The position numbers and the translations under genes were made by a program. DNA of 39,576 bases from Bacteroidales bacterium UBA3742. GTDB taxonomy: Bacteria; Bacteroidota; Bacteroidia; Bacteroidales; Paludibacteraceae. Under the pieces are notes generated by a model. The model worked only from the letters and a program-made list of their open reading frames with translations. It ran no database searches and was not told the origin of the DNA. Every line of letters starts with the position of its first letter. Positions within the stretch are counted from its first letter, which is position 1. The DNA lies in the NCBI GenBank assembly GCA_002371785.1, contig DFGU01000091.1, positions 1-39,576 on the forward strand, given 5' to 3'. Positions 1-8,039 of this stretch are shown here, piece by piece.

Positions 1-218
1 GCCTTGCTGGTTCGAGCAAAGAGCACTACCCCACTCGTCGGTCGGTCGAGCCGATGGGTGACGCCGAGGAACACCTCGCCGGGCTTCTGGTACCGCTCCT
101 TGATATAGGCCTTGACGGTCTCGGAGAGCGGCGCATCGCCCGTCTTATCGCCCTGAACGATCTCGTTGCAGGTCTTGTTGACGGCTATGATATGGTTGTC
201 TTCGTATAGAACGGTCAT
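1..218 (-). CDS. RluA-family RNA pseudouridine synthase, N-terminal part (gene continues past window start)
   Basis: My own translation from the ATG at 218 gives MTVLYEDNHIIAVNK...GVTHRLDRPTSGVVLFARTSK, which has the HRLD catalytic-Asp motif of RluA-type synthases. Its ATG overlaps the stop of the upstream gene (ATGA at 215-218). Confidence 0.8.
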   Translation of the reverse strand, partial: MTVLYEDNHIIAVNKTCNEIVQGDKTGDAPLSETVKAYIKERYQKPGEVFLGVTHRLDRPTSGVVLFARTSK

Positions 219-3166
219 AAGGCGATGCAGGCATGGGATTTGAAACCATCGATATACATGCGGAGATCATCGTCCAGGCGGACGTGACGCACGAGGTCGG
301 TCTCCTCGACAGCCGGCAGGGCATTGAGAATGGCCTCGTCGTAGTGCTCAGCGGGGCGTGCCCAAGGGTCGATATTCATATAGCCGACGTTGAAGGAGGT
401 CAAGTTCTGGAAGAAATGGGAGCCCTGGCTGGGTTCGATGCGGAAGTTCTCGAGCGAGCACTCGGCGATAGCCTTGGCCTCGCTGATGTCGCTCCACTGG
501 ACGGGTACGCCCAGCGTAGGTATCTGGGATCCCCAACGGCCGTAACCGATGAGCAGGTAGGAACGTCCCTCCTCACGCATGCGGGCATTCCAGGTGCGGA
601 TGGTCTCGGCCATCTCGCGTGTACGCAGCACGTCGAATGCTTCGCGACGCAGGTAGATGATATCGCGTACGCCCTCTATCTGGCCGATGCCGAGGGCATT
701 GTCGGAACGCATGAAGGCGTCGGACTCGTCGATCTGGTTCCAATCGACCTTGGCGGTAAGCGAGTCGGCCGAGATAGGACGAATCTGCAAGACGTGGAAG
801 ATCTGGGGTTCACGTTCCAGGTTGACGGCAAACTCGATCTCCACAGGGCACTTGATTTCCTGCTGTGCCATCTCGAGCAACTGGCGGATGATCTCGGCCA
901 GCGGGAAAGTGCGGAACTTGAGTTGCGGCGCGAAGGTGACGATACGCGGTCCGTCGGGATAGCAGGAATCGACGATGCGCATATTCTCGCGGTCGTAGGT
1001 GGAGGCGATCATCTTGAGCGACTCAAACTGGTCGCAAGCATGGATGGGGAAGCGCTCCAGATTGACAGCATCGTCGATGGAGGTGCGGAATTTCTCCGGG
1101 CTGAGCGAGAGGGCGAGCATCGACTGCTGGGTCTCACGCATAGCCAGATCGACGGTAGAGGTCTGCATGACGTTCTTAGGGTAGCGCGGCGAGAAGCGAA
1201 GTACCTGTTCGCCATCGACGACTACTTTACCCAGACCGTATGCCACCTTGACGATACCATCTTCGGGTTTCTCCTTGCCTACCGGGTAGAAATTGACACT
1301 ACGTGCCACGCCGGAGATGACGGGGAAGAAGTAGTTGCCTTCCTGTTCGCCGCAGACCTCCTGGAGCACAACGGCCATCTTCTCCTCGGAGAGCACGTTG
1401 CCCGTGGACGTGATATAACCACGCGAGGCGGCGTAATAGACCGAGGCATAGACCGACTTGATGGCCTTGCTCAGCAGACGGAGCTCTTGGTCCTCGTTCT
1501 CGGTATTGGGAATCATGTAGGTGCTATAGACGCCTGCAAAGGGCTGATAGTACGAGTCCTCGAGTTTGCTGGACGAACGTACGGCCAGCGGCTTATGGGT
1601 GACGCGGATGAAATGGCGCAAGGCATCACGCAATTCGATAGGCAGGGCAGCCGCTACGAATTCGGAGAGTATCTCATCGTCCGAGAGGTCGGCATTGATG
1701 ACATACTGGAGGCCGTTCTCATGGATGAAGCGGTCGAAGTACTCGGTGGTGATGACCATGGTACGCGGTACGAAGATACGGATACCTTCCCAGCGGTCAT
1801 AGAGGTCGTTTTTCTGGAGGACGTGGTTGAGGAAGGCCAATCCGCGTCCCTTGCCACCCATAGCGCCATCGCCACAACGGGCAAACCAGATGGTGTCATT
1901 GTAGGTCTCGGGCGAGTACTTAGCCACCACGCCAAGCGCCTGGTTGATACGATAGTCGTGGATGAGGCGTATATTGGTCTGGCGGATATTCTCTATGTCG
2001 GTCTCGTCCTGGATCTGGAGCGTCTTGACCCGGCGTCCGATAGCGAAGAGTCCGCGGGCAAAGAGCCACTTACTGAGGTAGTTGTTGTCGCTCAGTCGGC
2101 GGAAAGCAGCGGGCGAGATGGTGGAGATGATACGTTCGAATCCCTCCAAATCGCTCGCGCGCGCGATCTCTTTACCCGTACGCGGGTCGCGCGCGATGAA
2201 GTCGCCGAAGCCAAACTCACGTTCGATGTACTCGCTCACCTCTTGGGTCAGGGTCTTGGAGGTCTTGATGACGAAGCCCACGTTGAGTTTGCGGGCGATG
2301 GAGCGCATCGACTCCTGGGACGACTGCATGAGGAAGGGCATCGTGGGATTGTCCTCGCGGATGAGTTGACAGAGTTCGATACCGGCATCCAGTTTCTCCG
2401 ACGAGGACGGATCGCCCTTATGGAGCACAAAACCGATATCAGAGATGACACCCAGCATATTGCGGCCATACTGCTGGTAGAGCTCGACGGCTTCGTCATA
2501 ACAGGTAGCCATGAGCATCTTAGGTCGTGCACGCTTGCGGAGCAGTTGTTGCTTCTCGTTGAGGGCATCACGGATGGCGATGGTGTTCTGCCGAAGCAGG
2601 AGCTTGTAGAGCAAAGGCAGGTAGGTGGAGTAATAGCGGACGGAGTCCTCGACGAGCAGGATGGCGCGTACGCCCTCCTCCAGAATGTCGTGCGGCGCAT
2701 TCATGCGGTCCTCGATGAGCTTGATGATCGCGATGATGAGGTCGGTGGAGTTGTTCCAGTTGAAGAAATAGTCGATATCCGAGCGGTCGTGCTGCTCGAT
2801 ACGGTTGTATATCTCCTTGCTGAAAGCCGATAGAAGGACTATCGGGCACTCGGGAAGCAACTGCTTGGCCTCGCGGGCGAAGTCGAACACGTCCAGTTCG
2901 CCAACGCTGTACATGGTGAGGATGAGGTCGTATGTCTCGCCATTCGTCCTTTCGCCATTCGCCTTGATCAGGTCCAGGGCCTCGCGCGTGGTCTCAGCCC
3001 GCACGATGGACGGCGGGTTGGAGAGGTTGAGTTCGGCGTATTCCTGAGCGATTTGCACCTCAATACGGCCATCTTCCTCGAGGGCAAAACTATCGTAGTT
3101 GTTGCACACCAAGAGAATTCTCCGAACCCTCTTGCTCATCAGCGATGTATAATTGCTATGATCCAT
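215..3166 (-). CDS. PEP/pyruvate-binding (PPDK_N / PEP-utilizer ATP-grasp-like) domain protein with N-terminal receiver-like domains
   Basis: A 983-aa ORF. The N-terminus has two CheY-like stretches (RILLVCNNYDSFALEEDG..., AILLVEDSVRYYS...). The C-terminal two thirds resemble the nucleotide-binding domain of PEP synthase / pyruvate phosphate dikinase (GGKGRGLAFL, AVRSSSKLEDS). Confidence 0.8.
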   Translation of the reverse strand: MDHSNYTSLMSKRVRRILLVCNNYDSFALEEDGRIEVQIAQEYAELNLSNPPSIVRAETTREALDLIKANGERTNGETYDLILTMYSVGELDVFDFAREAKQLLPECPIVLLSAFSKEIYNRIEQHDRSDIDYFFNWNNSTDLIIAIIKLIEDRMNAPHDILEEGVRAILLVEDSVRYYSTYLPLLYKLLLRQNTIAIRDALNEKQQLLRKRARPKMLMATCYDEAVELYQQYGRNMLGVISDIGFVLHKGDPSSSEKLDAGIELCQLIREDNPTMPFLMQSSQESMRSIARKLNVGFVIKTSKTLTQEVSEYIEREFGFGDFIARDPRTGKEIARASDLEGFERIISTISPAAFRRLSDNNYLSKWLFARGLFAIGRRVKTLQIQDETDIENIRQTNIRLIHDYRINQALGVVAKYSPETYNDTIWFARCGDGAMGGKGRGLAFLNHVLQKNDLYDRWEGIRIFVPRTMVITTEYFDRFIHENGLQYVINADLSDDEILSEFVAAALPIELRDALRHFIRVTHKPLAVRSSSKLEDSYYQPFAGVYSTYMIPNTENEDQELRLLSKAIKSVYASVYYAASRGYITSTGNVLSEEKMAVVLQEVCGEQEGNYFFPVISGVARSVNFYPVGKEKPEDGIVKVAYGLGKVVVDGEQVLRFSPRYPKNVMQTSTVDLAMRETQQSMLALSLSPEKFRTSIDDAVNLERFPIHACDQFESLKMIASTYDRENMRIVDSCYPDGPRIVTFAPQLKFRTFPLAEIIRQLLEMAQQEIKCPVEIEFAVNLEREPQIFHVLQIRPISADSLTAKVDWNQIDESDAFMRSDNALGIGQIEGVRDIIYLRREAFDVLRTREMAETIRTWNARMREEGRSYLLIGYGRWGSQIPTLGVPVQWSDISEAKAIAECSLENFRIEPSQGSHFFQNLTSFNVGYMNIDPWARPAEHYDEAILNALPAVEETDLVRHVRLDDDLRMYIDGFKSHACIAL

Positions 3167-3195
3167 TGTTACATTAGAATGTTACTATTTATTAT

Positions 3196-3831
3196 TTACT
3201 CTGTTCCAAACAGGAATCGGCGAAAGACGGTTTTTGCGGCGTCCGCACCAATCATCTTGCTGACAACCCTATACGTAGGTCCGTCGTTGATCAGTCCCTC
3301 TACATAGGCGCTGTTGCGGGCAGACTTGGCTGTCAAATCCACGTCGCGGGCAGTCGCGAAAAGATGGATATAAGCGGTCATCATTTCCGTTGCCAAGGCC
3401 GAGAGACGTGCCGTATCGCCCACTTTGGACACGCTGGGTGGCAGCAGCAGATCGTTGTACCATCCCGGGTGCTTGGGTTTGTCCCTGAGGTCGCGATAGG
3501 CCTCTTTTATCGTCTGCAGAGCCGATAGATCAGCCGGTGCTACTTGGGTGTCATAGATATCCACCAGCAGCGTTTTCCTGCCGAAAGCGCTGATATAGTC
3601 GTAGGAGAGCAACGGCAGGTCCTTGGCATACGGCGTACAGATAAGCGTCTCCATCTTCATCAAACCGAAGAACGCCCGCATCGTGAGATACGACACGCAC
3701 GCACAATGGTTCCAATCGTAGGACTGCAAGCAGAACGTCATTCCCCTGCCGGAGAAAGTCTGCCAAGGCGTCACATCCTTTGGAACGAGTGCCCCTTTGG
3801 CGGAAAAGATGTCAAGCTTTGAGCCACTCAT
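3196..3831 (-). CDS. Hypothetical protein with possible ferredoxin-dependent bilin reductase (FDBR)-like fold
   Basis: A 211-aa ORF with host-like composition. By eye, METLICTPYAKDLPLLSYDYISAFGRKTLLVDIYDT and the C-terminal NDGPTYRVVSKMIGADAAKTVFRRFLFG resemble conserved PcyA/PebS-type segments. The start is uncertain because it overlaps the upstream gene by 20 nt. Confidence 0.55.
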   Translation of the reverse strand: MSGSKLDIFSAKGALVPKDVTPWQTFSGRGMTFCLQSYDWNHCACVSYLTMRAFFGLMKMETLICTPYAKDLPLLSYDYISAFGRKTLLVDIYDTQVAPADLSALQTIKEAYRDLRDKPKHPGWYNDLLLPPSVSKVGDTARLSALATEMMTAYIHLFATARDVDLTAKSARNSAYVEGLINDGPTYRVVSKMIGADAAKTVFRRFLFGTE

Positions 3832-4606
3832 AACGTGCTACGGAATAGATCGGCAACAGCGGAATCAGAATGGGCGTTTTCTTGATGTACGCCTGATATT
3901 CGGGGTCGGCACCGTAAGCCGCGTTCTGGCGGATCTCCAAACGACGGGCACCGCTGAACATGACGTAAACGATACAGATATAACCGAGGGCCGCTATCAT
4001 CCACTGCCACCATACCAGTCCTGCCCCGATAGCGCTGAGCATCACACCCGTCCAGATGAGCACTTCGCCGAGATAGTTCGGACAGCGTACAATGCGGTAG
4101 AGACCGGTATCCACAAAGCGTTTGGGATTGCGTTTCTTGGCGGCGGACTTTTGTGCGTCACTACCCGCTTCCAGCAATATACCACACAGCATGACGGCGG
4201 CGCCTATCCATGCCCATGTCTCGGAACCCTGCACGCCGTTCATCAAGCGGAACGCCACAGGACTGACCTGCATCACGTACAACAGCGCGCAGGATATCCA
4301 TATAATACTCATTGCAGCCGCAGGTTTCTTCTCCGGAGCGTCTCCGCCATACAGGATTTTCCGATACGCCGCCGATTTGCGTTCGCGCATAAACAGATAC
4401 GTGCCGAGACGCATGCCGAAGATGACCATCAGCAGGAGCAACGCAATCGTAGCAGGCGTCAGTGCCGCATAGTACAACACACCCATCGCCACAGCCAAGG
4501 CCACCACGCTATAGCCGTAGCCGATACTGAAAAAATAGATGAAATACTTCCACCCCACAGCCGAAACCGCGAGCGAAACAGCCAAAAGAATTAGTAATTT
4601 AAGCAT
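3812..4606 (-). CDS. DUF1295 / steroid-5-alpha-reductase-like integral membrane protein
   Basis: A 264-aa polytopic membrane ORF. The C-terminal motif GLYRIVRCPNYLGEVLIWTG is typical of the DUF1295 / ICMT-like reductase-methyltransferase superfamily. Confidence 0.8.
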   Translation of the reverse strand: MLKLLILLAVSLAVSAVGWKYFIYFFSIGYGYSVVALAVAMGVLYYAALTPATIALLLLMVIFGMRLGTYLFMRERKSAAYRKILYGGDAPEKKPAAAMSIIWISCALLYVMQVSPVAFRLMNGVQGSETWAWIGAAVMLCGILLEAGSDAQKSAAKKRNPKRFVDTGLYRIVRCPNYLGEVLIWTGVMLSAIGAGLVWWQWMIAALGYICIVYVMFSGARRLEIRQNAAYGADPEYQAYIKKTPILIPLLPIYSVARYEWLKA

Positions 4607-4673
4607 GATATGTAGGTATTATAAATTTCAATAATGTATTGTTGTTTACTTTGCCGTGTACCCTCAGTTTGAA

Positions 4674-5042
4674 CTATTCGGAAATTTCGAATAGTTGCCC
4701 CTTCTGATCATCATTTGTTTTTGCCAATTGCCCGATGACAAAGCCACGGAGGGTGAAATAGTATTTGTCGGAGGGCTTGGCTGTGGATTTGTATTCGTCG
4801 TAACGTTGCTGCCAATAGGCTCGGCGAGCGGGATCAGCCAGTTCCTGTTTGGCTTGCTTGGAGATTTGGGCAAAAGAGGAATTCAGTTCACGCTGATGGG
4901 GCGTGATTTTTGAGGGATCACGATGTTTCGGATAATGACTAATGACCGTCTTTCCATAGCGATGGGTGATGTAGATATCACTATCGCCATAGATTTTGCC
5001 GGACATTTTGTCTAATGAGATATTTAATTCCGCTTGGGCCAT
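4674..5042 (-). CDS. Hypothetical protein (122 aa)
   Basis: An intact ORF at the edge of the AT-richer block, on the same strand as its neighbours. No domain recognised. Confidence 0.55.
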   Translation of the reverse strand: MAQAELNISLDKMSGKIYGDSDIYITHRYGKTVISHYPKHRDPSKITPHQRELNSSFAQISKQAKQELADPARRAYWQQRYDEYKSTAKPSDKYYFTLRGFVIGQLAKTNDDQKGQLFEISE

Positions 5043-5157
5043 AATTTTCTTCTTATATTATTTAATTATTATGCTTATCTTGGTAGGACATTAGCCTCCG
5101 ATGTCGTCTCGTTGCCGTGTCGTTGTCGAGTGCAACTAAGGTTTGACGGGGGATTAA

Positions 5158-5361
5158 TTACTCTTTCAGCCAAACTGGTCTTTCCTCTGTTTCTTTAAAT
5201 GCTTCTAAATACGGATGCCATCTCAGAAAGTTTTGCATCTCTTGGCCATGTTCTTTATAACTGATGATTTCACCATTATCGCCAACATTGAGTGCATAAA
5301 CCTTTTCTGCAGTTGTATCTATTAGATACTCCAAACTTTCTTCTCCGCAAAAGACAAACAT
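5158..5361 (-). CDS. Hypothetical small protein (67 aa), weak SUKH/SMI1-like C-terminal resemblance
   Basis: The ORF starts 24 nt downstream of the DUF262 gene stop and is AT-rich like that gene. The pattern EYLIDTTAEKVYALNVGDNGEIISYKEHGQEMQNFLRW loosely recalls SMI1/KNR4-type immunity domains. Confidence 0.45.
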   Translation of the reverse strand: MFVFCGEESLEYLIDTTAEKVYALNVGDNGEIISYKEHGQEMQNFLRWHPYLEAFKETEERPVWLKE

Positions 5362-5385
5362 AGGATTAACTAGTAAACAAAATTA

Positions 5386-7215
5386 TTATTCTTGTTCTTC
5401 GTCTTCCGAATCATTATCTACAAAAACACCTTCTTCATTCAGATTTTGCACGTCACGAACGATAGGTTTACCCATTGCATTCTCAATGAGTTTAAAGATT
5501 GCTTCTTTTCTATCATCTATAAAATCATTAAATCTATCATAACGCACCAGTTCTGGGTTAATCACATGTGTGCGTAAAAGGTTGTCTATATCTTCAGCGG
5601 AAATTTTTGCCTTCTTCTCCAAGCGTATAAGATATTTGCTTGGAGCCTCTCCGCCGACAAAGATGTTTGTACCTTTAGAAAGTGGCGTTTTATTTATAAT
5701 TGTATCATAATCACTCTTGGGGATCTTGTTGTTCTCACACCAGAGTCGTGGAAATATATGATGAATATCTATTGATTTTTGGAAATATGTTTCCATTTCT
5801 ATTTTTGAACCCGTAAGCCAATCCGTCGTGTTTTCTCCCATTAATAATGCATATATTCCCTTGTATGCAGCACTATTACGAGTTCGTAATGTTTGCAAAC
5901 GAGAAGGAGAGAATACTGCATCATATATAGTTTGAGGCTCTTTCTCATCATTAAGAATCCAACCTACGACTTGCTGAATATCCAAGGCATAACGCGTTTC
6001 GTTGGCAGATCCATATAGCTCTCCAAAGACGCCACACCAAAACCAACGCATTAATTTATTCTTATTTCCTATATTATCAATCTCTTTTCCTAATACAGCA
6101 ATGATTGCTGACATCGGTATCAGTTGAGAAGTATATGGTAAATCACGAGCTGTAAATATATGATTACAAGTTAGAAGTTCTGCCGCTTTTATAAAGCCAT
6201 CAACAATTTCTTGTCGAGTGTCCTCATATTCATCAACTTTCAATTCTAGCATGCTTTTTCTTTTTGCGCTAACGGCAGGAATCTTTTCTGTCTCATTGCT
6301 TGCCTGCATTGCCGCCATTTTCTTCTTATATGTAGAAAGCAAAGTTACAGCTTGGATTAAATCGGTATTACATGTATTTTTTAGTACTTTATGATTGTTA
6401 AATGATGCATGAATATTGTCCCAATCTTTTTTCAAATCAAATCCACTTGCGGCATAAGTAGCAGTAAGCAATTCAAATACAGTCAAAGAAACACCGCCCG
6501 TATTGACCTTTTCAAACACCTGACAAACTGCTTCTTTACTATTCTCTTTTTTCATCACAATCACAGGCACACTATAGTGGCTATAATTGTTTATGACATA
6601 TCGTTCAAATTGACTTAAGAATCTCAATTTCTCGGTATCATAATTCCAATACTCCTCAAAATGCCATCTCCATTCGCTAAATTCATCAATCATGCACACA
6701 GGAAACATCATATTTTCAAACTCTTTCTCTTGTGTACTCAAATCACAGATAATATCATGACCAATATTCTGAGTGGCAATTTTGTTTTCATTGATAGAAA
6801 AAATCGCTTCTTCTAAATCCAAATCAGGATTCAAGGCCTTTTGCATATCTATATAATACCATCTTTTTATTTCATAGCCTTTTGAATTTTTCGTATTGAC
6901 AACACTATTTGAAACAATTGTTTGATACAAACTCGTCAAACGCTGCTGACCGTCAAGGATTAAATACTCCGGCTTAATATCTTTTGATATATTCACTCCT
7001 TCTACAGGTTTAGTCTTAAAAGAAGTGTTTTCTCCTGTTTCGAGAAGAGTAACAACACTTATTGGGAATGATTTGATTACAGATGCAATCAGTCCTTTGA
7101 TGCGGTTGTCATCCCACACCCATCCTCTTTGAAAGTCAGGAAGTTGAATTTTCCCTGTTTTGATGTCACATAGCAAATCTGCTAATGGTTTCTTCGTTGT
7201 ATCAAATGTTTCCAT
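5386..7215 (-). CDS. GmrSD-like DUF262 (ParB-like NTPase) / DUF1524 (His-Me finger nuclease) fusion protein, probable type IV (modification-dependent) restriction / defence nuclease
   Basis: A 609-aa ORF. The N-terminal LPDFQRGWVWDDNRIKGLIASV matches the DUF262 DxQRxxVW signature. The C-terminal DIHHIFPRLWCENN...INKTPLSKGTN matches the DUF1524 H..P...N...N pattern. Strongly AT-rich relative to the flanks. Confidence 0.85.
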   Translation of the reverse strand: METFDTTKKPLADLLCDIKTGKIQLPDFQRGWVWDDNRIKGLIASVIKSFPISVVTLLETGENTSFKTKPVEGVNISKDIKPEYLILDGQQRLTSLYQTIVSNSVVNTKNSKGYEIKRWYYIDMQKALNPDLDLEEAIFSINENKIATQNIGHDIICDLSTQEKEFENMMFPVCMIDEFSEWRWHFEEYWNYDTEKLRFLSQFERYVINNYSHYSVPVIVMKKENSKEAVCQVFEKVNTGGVSLTVFELLTATYAASGFDLKKDWDNIHASFNNHKVLKNTCNTDLIQAVTLLSTYKKKMAAMQASNETEKIPAVSAKRKSMLELKVDEYEDTRQEIVDGFIKAAELLTCNHIFTARDLPYTSQLIPMSAIIAVLGKEIDNIGNKNKLMRWFWCGVFGELYGSANETRYALDIQQVVGWILNDEKEPQTIYDAVFSPSRLQTLRTRNSAAYKGIYALLMGENTTDWLTGSKIEMETYFQKSIDIHHIFPRLWCENNKIPKSDYDTIINKTPLSKGTNIFVGGEAPSKYLIRLEKKAKISAEDIDNLLRTHVINPELVRYDRFNDFIDDRKEAIFKLIENAMGKPIVRDVQNLNEEGVFVDNDSEDEEQE

Positions 7216-7249
7216 TGTGTATTTAAGATTTTAATTTTACGTTGTTATA

Positions 7250-7687
7250 TTAAAAGTTATCCCAATCTATCACTCGTGCAAAGTCGTGGTAGTTAATGGA
7301 TTTTATATGTTTTCCTATTATTTCTTGGAGAGATGTGTCCAAACTTGGCGCATCATCAAACCAAACTATCGTCAAGTGGCTGTCATTCGATTTGTCTCTT
7401 AACGACAATTCAAAACGATATGATTTTAGTATTTCGTCGGGTTTTAAAGGATCGTCGTCTATTATTTGGAAAGGCTTTTGTTCGCACGTTTCTATTTGAT
7501 CGGGGGTTAGTTGAAATAAAAAGCCTTCTTCCTTTGATTGTTTCAACAATCTTTGCAATATGTGGACAGCAACGCTATGGAAAGAGCCTTCCATACTACC
7601 TTCATATGTGTTTGAAACCCGAAAAGAACGTATTTCTACATCCTTTTCATCCGGGAAATCAATTGTTATGTGCTTTTTATTCTGCAT
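7250..7687 (-). CDS. Hypothetical protein (145 aa), first gene of the DUF262 block
   Basis: An intact ORF 34 nt upstream of the DUF262 gene, with the same strand and AT-rich composition. No domain recognised. Confidence 0.6.
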   Translation of the reverse strand: MQNKKHITIDFPDEKDVEIRSFRVSNTYEGSMEGSFHSVAVHILQRLLKQSKEEGFLFQLTPDQIETCEQKPFQIIDDDPLKPDEILKSYRFELSLRDKSNDSHLTIVWFDDAPSLDTSLQEIIGKHIKSINYHDFARVIDWDNF

Positions 7688-7737
7688 TATTTATAATAGT
7701 TTACAAAGTGTCTACTATCGGGTGGTGTTATTTTTTT

Positions 7738-7997
7738 AATCCTCCATAAATGGCGGATACTTTTCTTTCAATCCTCCATATATGGCGGATACTTTTCTTT
7801 TAATCCTCCATATATGGCGGATACTTTTCTTTTAATCCTCCATAAATGGCGGATGCTTTTCTTTCAATCCTCCATATATGGCGGATACTTTTCTTTTAAT
7901 CCTCCATAAATGGCGGATGCTTTTCTTTTGATCCTCCATATATGGCGGATACGGTGGGTGCTTTTAATCCTCCATATATGGCGGATACTTTTTTTGG
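7738..7997. repeat. Tandem array of 8 head-to-tail units (32 bp; unit 7 is 36 bp), each AATCCTCCATAWATGGCGGATRC plus a T-rich linker (REP-like array)
   Basis: Direct reading puts the CCTCC unit starts at 7741, 7773, 7805, 7837, 7869, 7901, 7933 and 7969. Each unit holds an imperfect 20-bp palindrome whose arms are ATCCTCCAT/ATGGCGGAT, with one T:C mismatch. Two unit variants (ATAAAT and ATATAT cores) partly alternate. Confidence 0.95.
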
Positions 7998-8000
7998 TTG

Positions 8001-8020
8001 ATCCGCCAAACTTGGCGGAT
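8001..8020. repeat. REP-like palindrome ATCCGCCAAACTTGGCGGAT (9-bp perfect arms)
   Basis: Read directly. It lies between the tandem array and the RAYT-like stop codon. An extra half-site GGCGGATAC sits at 8030-8038. Confidence 0.9.
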
Positions 8021-8039
8021 GCGTTTCTTGGCGGATACG

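Noticed and set aside
233-2833. 866-aa plus-strand ORF opposite the PEP/pyruvate-binding gene
   Set aside because: This is an antisense shadow ORF typical of GC-rich coding DNA. Its translation is low-complexity (rich in G, D, L, V, A, R) with no motifs, while the minus-strand frame has clear domain signatures.
7738-7997. Possible CRISPR array, given regularly spaced palindromic repeats
   Set aside because: The units are directly adjacent with only a conserved 12-nt T-rich linker. There are no variable spacers and no cas genes. Repeat-adjacent HUH transposase logic fits better.
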